NCBI RefSeq assembly: GCF_018977255.1
Contig: NW_024704742.1
Location: forward strand, 122,638,001-122,702,000
Length of the DNA: 64,000 nucleotides
Source: Callorhinchus milii
Lineage: Eukaryota
Direction of reading: 5' to 3'
Both the position numbers and the translations under genes were made by a program. The stretch's first letter is position 1. The number at the start of each line of letters is the position of its first letter. Below are positions 23,905 through 37,380 of the stretch, one piece after another. Below the pieces are notes generated by a model, which was not told the DNA's origin, did not search any database, and saw only the letters and a list, made by a program, of their open reading frames with translations.

Positions 23905-24590
23905 AAAATGACTTTACTCCTTTACTTCTCTACTGTTGCTAACTCTTTTGAGGGGACCGTTTCACAGGCACCGACAACCCTCTGCTACTTCCAATCCTTC
24001 ATCAAGTGAGTCTGGATGGTAAGTATTGTAGAGCTATTCAACCATGCATAGCATCACAGACAAGTCTGTCCTCCTGACGTGAAAGGCGCTATACAAAAGT
24101 AATTTGTTGTTATTGTCCTTAACTAATATTTGATATCCACTCATGAACTTGACAAATACTTTAAGAAGAGTCAGCTACAGGGGTATCAGGAAAGGGCAGG
24201 TAAATGGGATTAAAAGGATTGCCATTGAGGGAGCTAGCACAGATATGATGGCTTGAATGATTTTCTTCTGTGATATAAATTTCTATGGTTCATGTTCACT
24301 TTGGAGCAGGGATCACAAGATAGTGGTAAGGAAGAGGAACCTGATATTTCTAAACATTTTTCAGAGGCACGTTAAGATGTTTTTTTTTAATTTCTTAAAA
24401 TAGTACACAATAAGAACAGTAATACTTATTCCTTTATCCTAGCCCAAGTGCACTGAGGTTGATTGAAGTTGTTTTACTGCTAGCCTACTGGTGAGATTAA
24501 CCAACTCCCCACAAATCAAAGATTCAATTTAAGATTTCCCTGGCTTGTACATCTCTGTACAATAGTGACTTCATCAACTGAGCTATCAGG
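23905..24590 (-). mobile_element. Ancient tRNA-headed SINE of a second family, interrupted by L2-tail (about 24070-24115) and CR1-tail (about 24150-24292) fragments
   Basis: 3' part resembles 54200-54340 (ttcat..gtgagtct..ga.t..ctattcaac); 5' part (aactgagctatcagg A-box, reverse strand) resembles 26790-26890 plus 27175-27200. Family name uncertain. Confidence 0.5.
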
Positions 24591-25810
24591 AAAACTTCAG
24601 TCAAATATGGCTGAATGTAATGCTTACACCTTTATGAAGGTATTGCTCAGAAAGGGAGTTATGACTTCTCTATTTATACATAAAGAAAATAGAGAAAAAT
24701 CAACACAATCATAAATCTGTTGATTAAGTTACGGATGATGACATAGGGGAGACATACATGGAATGGGGATGGAATGGGATAGGATCATTGTTCTCCAAAA
24801 TAGCAATTTCAGGTAGAAGTCTTTACACATGATAAAATAGTAAAGACCAGAGTGGGTGGAAATTAACTGCTTATCCAACTTATTAACCAGCGGAGAATTA
24901 GATCTATTCACTGGAAAGCTTGGAGAATGGCCCTCTACTCTCAGAGAGATATCTCCCATCAGTGAGCTTAGAAGAAAGAGGCAAGCTGAGATTTGCAGAA
25001 ATCTCCTGGCAGTTCGACAGTTAACTTTTTTCATAGCCACACCTCAACCATAACATTAGAGAACACTCTCAGGAGGTATTTAGAACCTTAGAAATTTACA
25101 GGACAGAAGAAGGCCATTTCAAGCCCTTTGTCTCTATACTGACTCTTAAAGAGCAATCCTTTTGCCTGCCTTTGCTGTAAAGCCTACTGGCTGTGTATTT
25201 TGTAGCACCTTCATTCAAAATGAGAAGCACTCATATCCCTTTATGTGATCCTCATGCAAGAACCTTGTTTAAAAGACCATTAAGCATCTTGATTTAATTG
25301 GGGAGCCAGATCAATGGTTTAAGTGTCCCATTGTCAAAAAGACAAGATCACGCTTCTGTAATTGAATTACGGACAGATAATTATTTTAAAAGTTCATAAT
25401 GAAAAGCCTTTCTAATTAATACCTCATTTATAGCATGCCTTACTTCAGGAATTTATTACCCATTAAGAATTATTGTCTCCAAACTCTGTTGTGCTGCTAC
25501 AGGAGATCATTATCTATTCAAGTCTACTTCTTGTAACATGCAGATGAGTCCACCCTGCATTTTAATCCATGCAGTGCCTTTGTGCACTACATAATAGTTT
25601 ATATACATAGGCAATTTTATTGCTTTGAAAGTTCATTGACAAAATGCAAGCATCTATGCTGATGTATGTAGATCTACTTGAAAAGTTGTGTAAACAGAAA
25701 GGCTGTACGATCAATGGCTCTTCAAACCGATATCTAATATTTGCCACCTGAATGTTTTATTTCTCTCTATCTCTTTTGTGTAACACGACTAGTCTCTTTT
25801 ATGTAATCCA

Positions 25811-26593
25811 AGGATGTACACTTCACTTTATTAAGCCAGTCCAGAACCTTGGCGTATTGTTTGACCGTCAACTAACCTTTCTATCCCACATCCGTGGCAT
25901 GACCCGCTCTGCCTTCCCCCACCTCCGCAATATTGCCCGGTTCTGCCACTATCTCACACTGCAGGTCGCCGAGACCCTCACAAACACATTCATAACATCC
26001 AGGATGCTTGACTACGCAAACTCCCTGCTTATCGGCCTCCCCAACTCCTCCCTCCATAGGCTGCAGATCATCCAGAACTCTGCAGCCTGTGTCCTTTCCC
26101 GCACCAGACTCTGCAACCCTATCATCCCCATCCTCACCCGACTCTACTGGCTTCCCATCACACAGAGGTTACAGTTCAAGATCCTGGTTCTCACCTTCAA
26201 AGCCCTCCATGGCCTTGCAGCCCCGAACTCTGCGACCACCTAATCCCCTACCAATCTGTTCCCTCCACTCAGCGGGCTCCGGCCTGCTTAACGTCCCCTG
26301 CCTTGCCCGCCCCATCAATTACGGGTGGGACTTCTGCCACTCTGCCCCCAGCCCCACACTCTCTGGAACTCCATCCCGCAGTCGCCCCACCTCGTCCCCT
26401 CCCTTGCCTCCTTCAAGACACGTCTCAAGACTCTACTTTTCGACCGTGCCTTCAGTCAGCCTCCGTCCCACCCCTGCCCTCCATCCTCCCCGATCCCAAT
26501 CCCCGCTCAGTTCCGAAACACTGACTGTCCAGCACCTTGGGACATCCTCCCGACATGAAAGGGGCTATACAAATGTAATTTTGTTGTTGTTGT
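25811..26593 (+). mobile_element. L2 LINE 3' portion with intact tail
   Basis: [62 protein letters not shown]; tail gggacatcctcccgacatgaaaggggctatacaaatgtaattttgttgttgttg. Confidence 0.95.
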
Positions 26594-26954
26594 ACCAGTC
26601 AACAAGTCTTATCATACCATTGAAATAAAGTTCAATGACCAAACTGATCAACCATTGTGTGAAGAGCCACTCTCCTTTCTTGATCACCTGTTCGTCTCTC
26701 CTACCTCCCTGGCTTGGCATCGAGCTCTGCAGTGTTATTATTGATGATGATAATAATAATAATCATGTTGTTATTGTTATGCAGACCTACACATCAGCAA
26801 GCAAAAAGACTCATTACTTATCTCCACAGACCAGAGATGGGCCTGGCACCTTTCTGATTTGTACGGCTCATTAATACACAGCACAGTGAAAGAACAGGGA
26901 AATGGGATTAGAGCATGTGACTCCAATAAAGGGGACTAGCATCAACACACACAT

Positions 26955-27140
26955 AATCCTGGTCATTTTCAATCCACGACTGTTTGTGGGACACTGTTGT
27001 GCGCAATTGGCTGCTGCGCTTTGCCCACAAATATACGGTCAATTCACTTTACATCATAGTCTGTGAAGCGCTTTGAGACGTCGAGAAGACGTGAAAAGTG
27101 CTATATCAAATGCAAGGATTATTATTATTATATTATTATT
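26955..27140 (+). mobile_element. 5'-truncated young SINE (3' half), inside a CR1 tail
   Basis: tggtcattttcaatccacgactgtttgtgggac...gcaaggattattattatta. Confidence 0.9.
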
Positions 27141-30100
27141 ATCCTTCTCTGCTGCAAACTTTCTATGGTTCTATGTGATGAATCCAACTGAGCAATCACC
27201 AAGCCATCTATTTATTCCTAATGTTGGTATTTTTTAAGTAAAATAGGTTAAATCAAGGTCCCATCTACCTCTAAAGGCAGACCTCCATTATTAAACCAGC
27301 CACATCTTCTGCTATTCATTTAATTCAATTTTCTCTTATTGATCTAAGAGCTCTGCTCAGAATATGATAATGATCTGGCACAGATATGCCTTTCCTGCCT
27401 CCAGAAATCTTTTGTACCTTGTCGTTGCTTGGAAATCTGGGGTGAAGATTGCATTTGGTGATGTGTTAATTAACATATAATTGAAGAAAATGACCGGATG
27501 ATAATTAACACATTGACTTGACCTCGATTTGTTGTAGGAGATCCCCCTAATACGCTGTGTAATGGTTGTACCCAGAATCTGTCTACGCTATATGTTGGAC
27601 TTACAGTTGGCAAATTGAAAGGTTGAACAACCAATTAGCAGGACACCCATTTTACCTGATTCTTAGGTTTAGCTAGGTCACTATCCCCTTAATCAACAGT
27701 CAAATGCTAGAAGTCCATTGAGTGCTGAGATGGGCATTTCACCACAACCATTCAACAGAGTGTTGGGGGAGTTGCTGGGTTCCTCCCTCCAGGTCACCCA
27801 GAGACCAGTCAATGGGCTAATTATCGTCAGGTTGCTTTTTCAATACATGCTAATTAGCACCAATGATTTTTGCTTACGCAGATCACATTTATCCCCATAT
27901 CTGTCCTCTGGAGAAGTTTTATAGCACAGATTACCATTCCATCCTGAACCTGACATGCTAGACTGTGCATTACTCCCGAAGGATTTCTGCTCCCAATGCG
28001 TTTCTGCTCCCAACAATAAGCTACATCGATTTGTGAGCAATCTCGATCAATCACACATTTCTATCTTTAATAACCTGTTCTTACATTACCTGATACACAA
28101 GCTTAATTCAGGCAAGGTCCATTATTACCATCCAAGTTCATACACCTACATTTCTCATGGTTTTTAGCTTTACATCATTGTCTTCTTATCGTTTAAGGTT
28201 GTGTAACAGCCTGTTCTTTTTAAGAAATGAATAATAATAATCCTTTTCACGCCTTCAAGACGACTAAGGAGCTTCACAGAATATACTGTAAAGTGAATTC
28301 TGTATATTTTGTGGGTGAAATGAACCAAACTGAAGCTTCCAAATTGAAATTAAATTAACACTGAAATTGTTTCAGGACTCTGATTGACCTTAACATTTTA
28401 TGATAAATCAGCCTGAAGGTTAAGACCAGGTGAAATCTCAGGCCTCCACCAGGTTCCCGTGGAACTCTATCCCAGGCAGTATTACGTTCAGGAAGGGAGG
28501 TTCTGTACTCGCCCCTTGGCAAAGCCATAGCATATCTGTGTGTCCGTTTCTGTTCTTGGCAACGTCCAAGGTTTCTTAAAAAAATCTTATTACAGCTGCC
28601 TCTGGCCAAATACTATCAATAAATCAACTAACACACACATCAGACACACACACAGTAGGTTACACACATATCACATGCACAGAGCATTCTTTACAAATGA
28701 TAAAAATTGGTCCTTCATCACCTAGCTGTTTGTGGGATATTGCTATGCTCAAATTAATAATAAAAAAAACCTTGCATTTGATATAGTGTCCTTCACATCA
28801 GGAGAACATCGCAAAACACTTTACAGGATTTAACTTGAAGGATAGTGACAGTGTATTTTATAGGCAAAGTGGCTTGCTGCATTCAACTACAAATAACTTC
28901 ACTTAACAGCAATTATTTTAAAGCAGTTGGAAACATATTGAAATTATAGGCGCTATATAAAAGGCAAGAATTATTATTATATAAAATAAATGTATTTAAT
29001 CACAGTAATAAATATTACTAGTATTTTAAAATACTAAAATTACTAAAATTTTAAAGTATTTTAAACATTTTACAGGTATTTACTCTATTTTCCCATTCCC
29101 CCCTTTTCTTAAGGTACTGATTCTGGCAAAAATTATATCCTGGGATAAATATGTTAGGTGATGATTTAAACATTATCTATTCCAGTCACATCACTGACCA
29201 TTTCTAACAGTGCATTATCAATATTGTCTTAAATACACATATTCAAATTTAGCAATGTGTGGGACAGTCAGAAAGATACGAAAGGCTTTAATGGTGGGGA
29301 GGAAGCGATGGAGGAAATCAGGGATGGAGTTCCAGGGAGGGGAGGGCTGCAGAATGTCTGAAAGCTCACGATTGATGGCAAGGCAGATCAGGAGGGGGAT
29401 GGGAGCTGATTGGGGAGGGAGCAGAGGGAGTGGCTGGGGAAGGAAGGTTGCAGGAGTTCTGTGCCATGAGGGGAGTGCTGAATCAATGCCTTTTGGAGAG
29501 ATAAGAAGTAAAATAGGGAGAGAAAATAAAGCGAAATTGCTTGCTGTCTTATATTCATAAATAGCATAAAATGGCATTTAAGTAGGATATTGCATATGAA
29601 ACCCTCTTAAACCGACATCTGGGAAAACCCTTCATTTTGTTGTGTTGACATCAGCCAAATTGATCAAACGGAGCACTTTAATGCTATTGATTACCATATT
29701 CTAATGTTCTTTAGCCACGCACATTGTTTTCCCATTTGCACGTTAATTACTGAAAGGGGAGTTGGAAAGTTTGTTGGATGATTCAGGCGTTCAGCATATT
29801 TAAGAAAAGGCAGAGTGCCAAATGATAAAGCTTTGCAGGTGTGACCGGGTGATCATCCTTAAGGAAAAGCTGTAACGCTTGCATTGTTTGTCAAGCTGAA
29901 AGTGCAGAAACTGCATTTCCTTTGCCCAGTAGCCAATTAGTGTGATGACTAACAGAGGATCTTAATCAAATCATGACATTGAATTTCTTGTAGATCTTTG
30001 GATAAGGCACACATGTGTGAAGGGAAAAGGGAGTTCCTTTGCAGTCACTTCCACTCTGAGGGTTTAGAAACAATTGAATGTAGCCTTAAACTCTTTGAGG

Positions 30101-30829
30101 GCAGAGGATTCTGCCAGAATCTTGAGGCATTGACACCGGAAACTTGAAAACCTTCCAATGCTGTCACGAGTGCATTTGCGCTTAGTTTACCTCCTTTCTC
30201 TACATTCTCCGACTCCCCATTGGAAAATAAACATTCTGGATAGGTTACACACAACAAAAAACACAACAAAAAAGATTTATTTTGCTGCTTGCACCTTTAA
30301 TCAAGTCAAAAAATGTCCCATAGGAAATTATTGTCAAGTATAGTGACTATTCTTGTTAGCAAATGAAGAAGTCATTTTAAACACAAATAGCACGAAGTGA
30401 CTGATGATTTCATCAGTGAGATTGTTGACCAGGATACCGGAAGAAATTTCCATCTCTTTACAAATTATGGGTTTGAAATTTTACCTAATCTTCACCTGTA
30501 AGATCATTTTGTCTTAAAATAATGATAATAATACTTACATTTACACTTACAGTGCCTTTCAGGTCAGTAGGACATTTCAAAGCACTTCACGGGATTTACT
30601 TTTAAGTATAGTAACTGTGTATTTTGTAGGTGAAAAGCGGCAGCAATTTGCACGCAGCAACGTCCCACAAACACCATTAGGCAATGCTCCCAGATGCTAC
30701 CCACTTGAAGGACGCAATACAAATGCACGTTTTTTTTGAAGTAAATGACCAGTTGTATTTGGGCGATATTTGAGTGCATGGGAACTTTAATGTCCAAATG
30801 AACTAATCAATCTATTAAAACCAGACCAA

Positions 30830-31124
30830 CCTACCTGCTCCCTCTGCTTGTTAGGCACTGGCCTGCTCCATGTCCCCCACCCTGGCTGTCCCACTATCAG
30901 TGGTCAGGCTTCAGCCTTTCTGCCCTCACCCTTTGAAACTCCATCGCAGAATCCCTCCGCCTCGCACTCTCCTTTGCTTCTCTTCAAGGCCCATCTCAAG
31001 ACCTTCCTTCTTGACTGTTCCTTCGGTCATCCTTCCACCCCCCCCCGGGTCCTTGTCCTTCACCTCTTTTGATGGCCTCCCGACATGAGAGGTGCTATAT
31101 AAATGCAATTAGCTGTTGTTGTTG
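30830..31124 (+). mobile_element. L2 3' end
   Basis: FKAHLKTFL frame; tail cctcccgacatgagaggtgctatataaatgcaattagctgttgttgttg. Confidence 0.8.
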
Positions 31125-31182
31125 AACAGGCAGACAGGACCTCAGTTTAATGTCTTATCTGAAGGACAATGCATCACGCTTC

Positions 31183-31373
31183 CAACAACAACAACAACAA
31201 GATTCCATTTATAGAGCGCCTTTCACGTCGGGAGGATGTCCCAAGGCGCTGTACAGTTGGGTCAGGACCCGAGCAGGGGGAAAATGGTCAGGGTGAGGGG
31301 AGGGAAGGGAGGGAGTGAGGAGGGGGTAGAGAGTTGAGAGGGGAGCTGAAGGCACGGTCAAAGAGAAAGGTCT
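31183..31373 (-). mobile_element. L2 3' end (same subfamily as 47350-47836)
   Basis: (AAC)n aagattccatttatagagcgcctttcacgtcgggagg. Confidence 0.85.
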
Positions 31374-33924
31374 TTATACAGCTCTGTATTGGAGTATCAG
31401 CCTAAACTGTACGAGTTCAAAGTCCCACATGGGGCTTGAACCCACAACCTTCTGACTCAGAGGTAAGATCCTACCAACTGAGTCTTGCTAAATTCAGTCT
31501 TCATTTGGAAGTCAGTTTTTATTAAGAATTACAAAACCAGCGAAAAAACTGAGACTGAAATTCAAGAATTATTCACAATTCTGTGCATTCTTAAACTTTG
31601 AGGCAGAATGCTCTTCCAGGCTAAGTCTGGGTGGAATGTTGTCCCTGCTGTGCTGAAACATATTTGCTGAATTGTGTTTGAATGCCACTGGCAGGAACGG
31701 TGCAGAAAAGTACCTGAACTAATCAGAAGGAAAAGGACTCTCACTCATAAATCACCAGCGCTCAGGCCAATCGCCTCATTATTGAACAGAAGGGGCCACT
31801 GTGGGCAGGAAACAGGTGTCACTCGTGACGTTTGGGAAGCTTGGTGGAGCAATTCACCATCCGACAAGAACAGAAAAGTAAAACAAGCTTTGAGCTGTTG
31901 GCAAGAAATAACCTGAGGGATTGTTTGCTTCTCCTGTACGTTGAATGCTTTTAAATACACCCTGTTCTCTTTTTTCATGTAAAGATTGTTTTTTCAAGCG
32001 TAGGATAAATATTTTGAAGGGTCTGTCCAAATAAAAGATACTGGTTGCCTTTAAGTTAAATACTGAGCTGGGACAGAGCTGATGTGAAATAAAAGGCCTG
32101 AATTGTTCCAAAAACGGCTAAGAAATTTGTCCTGAAAATTCAACCTAATTCTTCTTTGCGTGTCTCAAGTTCACCAAATGTATAAACAGAAATTCTCCTT
32201 GAGGGGGAGGTTAAGGAGGGGTCTTTGAAGCTGAGCTTGCTCCAAGGTGATGCGCTTGGCAACAGAAGCCAGGCAAATCCTCAGTCTGCTTTGGATACTA
32301 TTAAGCATGGTGATGGGTTTCTGAATGTATCAGACACCGAAAAGATAAGGATATCACAAAATAGAAACCCAAATCTGTATCCTCGGTGTCTGGATCTATT
32401 CAGATTTAAAAGAAGATTCACTTCTGTCAATCAGTTGCAAATCATTATCCTTGGCACAGATATTGGGAATGCAAAATATTTTGAATAGAATATTTATTTT
32501 AAAGGCATGTTTTCTGCAATGACTATTTGAAAAATGCCCTCAACAGCATTTATTTTTAAACCAAGTGGGTAATACAAGCATATTTATATATTCCTTAATT
32601 GTCAGAGAAGTGACTCATACAGTTCAGTAAATTAACATGAACCAATATTTAACATATGGCTTCAAAAATAATGGCATAGATTTACTTCAACAGACAACTT
32701 TAGATGTCTCAATTCCTATAAAAAGTGTATGAATATAAATGTTAGAGGTGTTCTTAAAAAAACTTACAGTCAATTCTATGGGTTAAAAGGTTAGCTGAGC
32801 AATATCTGTGGGACACAAGAAATCCTATTGGGTGACTGAATGCAGAATATTAATACTATATAAGATGCCATCTCTCAGCAGAATAGTCCATTGTAACAGC
32901 TGAAGATTCTAACCCATTGATTTATTATCCCAATCCCGCAAAAAATCTTACAAGCTCCTTCAAGCTTTGTGGTATCTACTTAGAACACTACACTGAAGGA
33001 AATGCATTGTAGAGAAATTTATTTGGATTCCTCTCTAGGTTAGAGTTGACCTTAAGATATTTCCGCCTTTGAAAAATGATCTTAGTTATTTGTGGTGAAT
33101 CTGCCTTGAAGCCCTGCTGCTGTCTAATTACAAAAAGCGATCCATTCAATTTCTAGGCATAGCTGCTGGATTCTCTATAACTATAAATTAACAATGCAGA
33201 ACCATTACATTTATCTACCGCCTTTCACGTCTGGAGGCTGTCTCAAAGCACTTGAATCACCTAGTTTGATTAATAAAAGTTTTGGGGGCTGAGAAGTGGA
33301 GGGAATTCAGCCATCAGAGGGAATTAAACCGTAGCAAAATAATATCATGCGAAGAAGCATAAAGCCCATTTTTTTTCAATTGGGTATCTGTCACACAGAA
33401 ACCTATTATCATGGTTACATGTTTAAGACTTTATAGGGACCCCAAAAAGTACTGGAGGTTAACCAACAAAATTGATACAGCATTTTATTGTGAGCACATG
33501 ACTTATAATTTTCCTTCTGCTTCTCCAACTGGAACCCCAAGTGCCGATAAGAACAATCCCTGCCCACAGTGACTGATCTGCTCCTCCAAGTCCTGCTGAT
33601 GAGCCAGGCTGGCTGGTCTGCCATCAGCACTGCCTTGGACTACTGCAGACCTGCCTGGCTCAGGAGCTGGACAACTGAGAGCCTCACACAGAATTAAATC
33701 AATTCCATTACCAGGCACATCAAGTTGGAGCCAACAGCCCCAAAGACTTACCTATCCTCAAAAGAGGATTTCCTCTGCTTGGTGACTATAAAGCCCAGTG
33801 CAGCAAATCTCGTACCTGCAAAGGCGATCTTAAAAATAGATGAGGAACAGTTTAGGAATCCTGCAAGTTTTGTCCCTATGTTACTCGGTATGACTAAAAC
33901 AGATACAATTCAGCAATCAGTGAG

Positions 33925-34165
33925 TCAGCCTGTCTTAGTTGGTAGCACTCTCTGAATCAGAAAGTTGTGGTTTAAAACCCCACATCAGGGCACATATAGT
34001 CTGGAGATTGCTACATTGTTGAATGCAGCAATCTACATTGTCTTTCAGGTTAGACACTAAACCAAAGTGTCATCAGTGTGCCTGCCAGGTGTCAGCCTGG
34101 TTCAGTTGGTATCACTCTCATCTCTGAGTCAGAATGTTGTGGGTTCAAGCCGTATCCTGGGACAC
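33925..34165 (+). mobile_element. Old Deu-SINE 5' fragments (two heads)
   Basis: gtcagcctgtcttagttggtagcactc and tgtcagcctggttcagttggtatcactctcatctctgagtcagaatgttgtgggttcaag. Confidence 0.7.
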
Positions 34166-34979
34166 GGCACTCATACAGTCATATAGGGAGGAGGTGGGGG
34201 GTGGAGGAGCTAACATTACATTGCAGTGCGGCGAGGTGGTGAATGCTGAGATGTCCTCCTGACGTGAAATTGCAAATTGCAAGGACGATTATAGTTATGA
34301 TGAATGGAGTGAATTTTATAACAGGATTGGTTTGGGGTAATTGTGCAAGGATTAGACTTGATCTGCCAAATAATCTTCACTGGTTTCTAAGGTTTCCATT
34401 GTGCAGTTTTTAGATACTTTAAAACTAAGAAAGCTTAGAACCTAATTGTTTTTCCAGTTTTAAATCTCTGCTATCCTTAGCAGCCAGAAAAAGCATCTTA
34501 TAAATTCCTGAAGAGACAGCTTCCCTGTCACGTTTATGTACGACTGTGCAGAAAATCCATTTTCCAGTTTTTGTCAAGTACAGCAGTGCTCACATCGGAT
34601 ATTAAAGGTCACAGTAGCAAGCCGTTTATAAACAAGGGGAGGCTCACTAATGTATTTTTTACTAATTTATTGCAGTAGTTTCATTGTACAATCAATAAAA
34701 ACTGCACAGCACAAATGGTTCCATGTTGTATTTCACATCTCCTCATTACTTAGTCTGTATATATCAGTGGTCGGCCTGGCTCGATTGATAGCACTCTCAC
34801 CTCTGAGTCAGAATACTGTGAGTTTGTTTCACTTCGAGACTTTGAACTCATATAGACTAGGCTGACATTCCAATACAGCACCGGTTATGAGTTACACCGT
34901 CGTTCAGATGAGACATTATTATTATGAGTGTATGTGGGGCAGTGTTAGGTGCAAATTAGTTGCCTTATTCACCTGCATA

Positions 34980-35302
34980 TAATAATAATAATCCTTGCAT
35001 TTGATATAGCGCTTTTCACGCCTTTTAGACGTCCCAAAGCGCTTCACAGAATATACTGTGAAGTAAATTGACTGTATAATTTGTGGGCGAACGCGGCAGC
35101 CAATTACGCGCAGCAATGTCCCACAAACAGTCGTGGATTGAAAATTGACCAATTTATTATTGTTTTTTGTTTTGGAGGGATTATTATTAGGCGTGTGGAG
35201 TAAGGAAACTTGCCCAAGGTTTCGCCCTGCCTGGAATTGAACTCAGGTCTATCGCTTGCAAGGCGAGTGCTCTAACCACTGACCACTGAGCTACAGGACT
35301 CC
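34980..35302 (-). mobile_element. tRNA-headed SINE, short subfamily
   Basis: Full-length reverse complement; internal 7-bp duplication accactg in the A-box region. Confidence 0.95.
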
Positions 35303-36574
35303 TACCCTATATACTACCCTTCACAGCAAAAATCCTACGAAACTCATTGAAAAGTTTTTGATTATGTATTAAATGGAAGGATTATTCAAATCCATATTGC
35401 CTATTTAATTAGATGCTAATTTACTACAATTTCGATTACATTGATATGCAAATTCTTCAAATTATACTGACAGCGAATGAATCTTAGAACAAATTGGGAG
35501 AGCCACGGCAATTTCTTTACAAATTTAACAATATACAAATTTACATTTATATGGAACATAGGGGCAAAACTTGCAGGATTCTTTGCAGGGCCTTTCAAGT
35601 TGGATGTCCCAAAGCACTATATGTGTACCCGAGTTGGAGGTGGGAGCCTAGTGGGGGGTTGGGGAGGGGATAGATGACCAAAAGAGGTTCACTTTCAGTT
35701 TAATATTCTGTTCCACAGATTATAATAATAATTTAGTCATTCAATCCAAGATTGTTTGTGGGGCACTATTGTGCTCAATTGGCTGCTCCAGTTCTACGAC
35801 AAAATATACAGTCAACTCGCTTTACAGTATATTCTGTGAAGAGTTTTGAGACATCTTGAAGAGGTGACAAGATGCTATATTACAAGCAAGGATTATTAAT
35901 ATTAATATTATTATCTGCAAGTAATGGACAATAGGCACAATGGATCTTACAGCTGATTATTTTGCACAAAATCTCCAGTAGATCAGAAAACCCCTAAGAA
36001 GCTGAATTCTGTTTCACTTTTCTGCGCTGAGAATTTTTGCACAATATTTACAGTTTGAGAACAAAGGGCGAGTTGACATGCAGTGAATGCCTTCAGCATT
36101 TCTTATTGCCAGGGACTTCCCTTTCCTGCAATCAACTTCCGTCCCTGAGAAACAGGAACCTCTGGCAAGCTTCTCAAAATTTGCATCTTGGGATGTGATC
36201 ACCCAGTAACAGGCGCGTGATAAGAGTGAAAATAGCTGCTTTACAGCTGTGACCTGAAGCCTTTTCCACGTCATACTATGTTTCCTGAGTACATCCCATG
36301 TCCTAGTTTAAAATAAAATCAACAGAGACCTGTTTACTAGAACAGCTGTTCTACAAAGCAACATGTTTTTCACTTTGATGAGTGATTTTATTATGATATG
36401 ATTGTATACCCACAATGTATGAAATACACTTTATTTTTGTAAAGTTTCACATAGGTTAGCTACCAAATCTGCCAAAGTTATCAAATCCAGCCCTTGTCTC
36501 ATGCGTTCATAACCTGAACCCACCACCTTTCACATTCATGGGATTGGTCTCTTGTTTAAATAAGAATTGATGTC

Positions 36575-36867
36575 CCAATACCTTGGGATATCCTCCCGAT
36601 ACAAAAGGCGCAATATAAATGTAAATTTATTATTGCTGTTGTTGATGTCACCCATCCTGCATTGTGAGTCCCTCTCTTACCTACTTCAAGACCTGTCTCA
36701 AGATGCTTCTCTTCGACCGTGCCTTTGGTCACCCTCTTACCTCTACCCTCTCCGCCCTCCACCCCTCCCGATCCCAACCACTGGCTCGGGTGAGGATCCC
36801 TGACTGTCCAATGCCTTGAGACATTCTCCTAATGTAAAAGGCGCTATACAAATGTAACTTGTTGTTG
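36575..36867 (+). mobile_element. Two tandem L2 3' ends
   Basis: Tails ending aaggcgcaatataaatgtaa..gttgttg (about 36645) and aaggcgctatacaaatgtaacttgttgttg (36867). Confidence 0.8.
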
Positions 36868-37074
36868 GGAAAAGTTACTGTACACCGCAATTTATATTTA
36901 TATCCTGTTGAAGATCAGCGAAGATTAATGATTAAAATCTTCCCTCCAGTTCATAAGAAACTTTCTTTGAACATCACTAGGTCACACACTACCCATCAAT
37001 CCTCAGTTCTTTCTTTCCTACAGACAAATTTATTTATTTTCTTAATTTCTGTTCATTTTTATTTTCTTTACATT

Positions 37075-37380
37075 GGGAGTTTCCTTCCTCCACATACCTC
37101 TGTTTACCTAGCAGTAAGTAGGAACCTGGTTGTTAGTTGATTGGCAGATCGGTTTTCCGTAGGTAATAATCCCTTCAAAAAAAATAAAGAAATGATAATA
37201 ATTTGGTCACTCAATCCATGACTGTTTGTGGGCACTGCTATGCATAATTGGCTGCCATGTTTCATCCACAAAATATACAGTCAATTCACATTACAGTATA
37301 TTCTATGAAGCGCTTTGAGAGATCTCAAAGACGTGAAAAGGTGCTATATCAAATGCAAGGATTATTATTATTATATTATA
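37075..37380 (+). mobile_element. SINE long subfamily, 5'-truncated
   Basis: cctctgtttacctagcagtaagtaggaacc central segment through the (ATT)n tail. Confidence 0.9.

Noticed and set aside
28975..29075. Very AT-rich stretch with short inverted motifs (aaaatact / agtatttt)
   Set aside because: Low complexity; such pairing is expected by chance.
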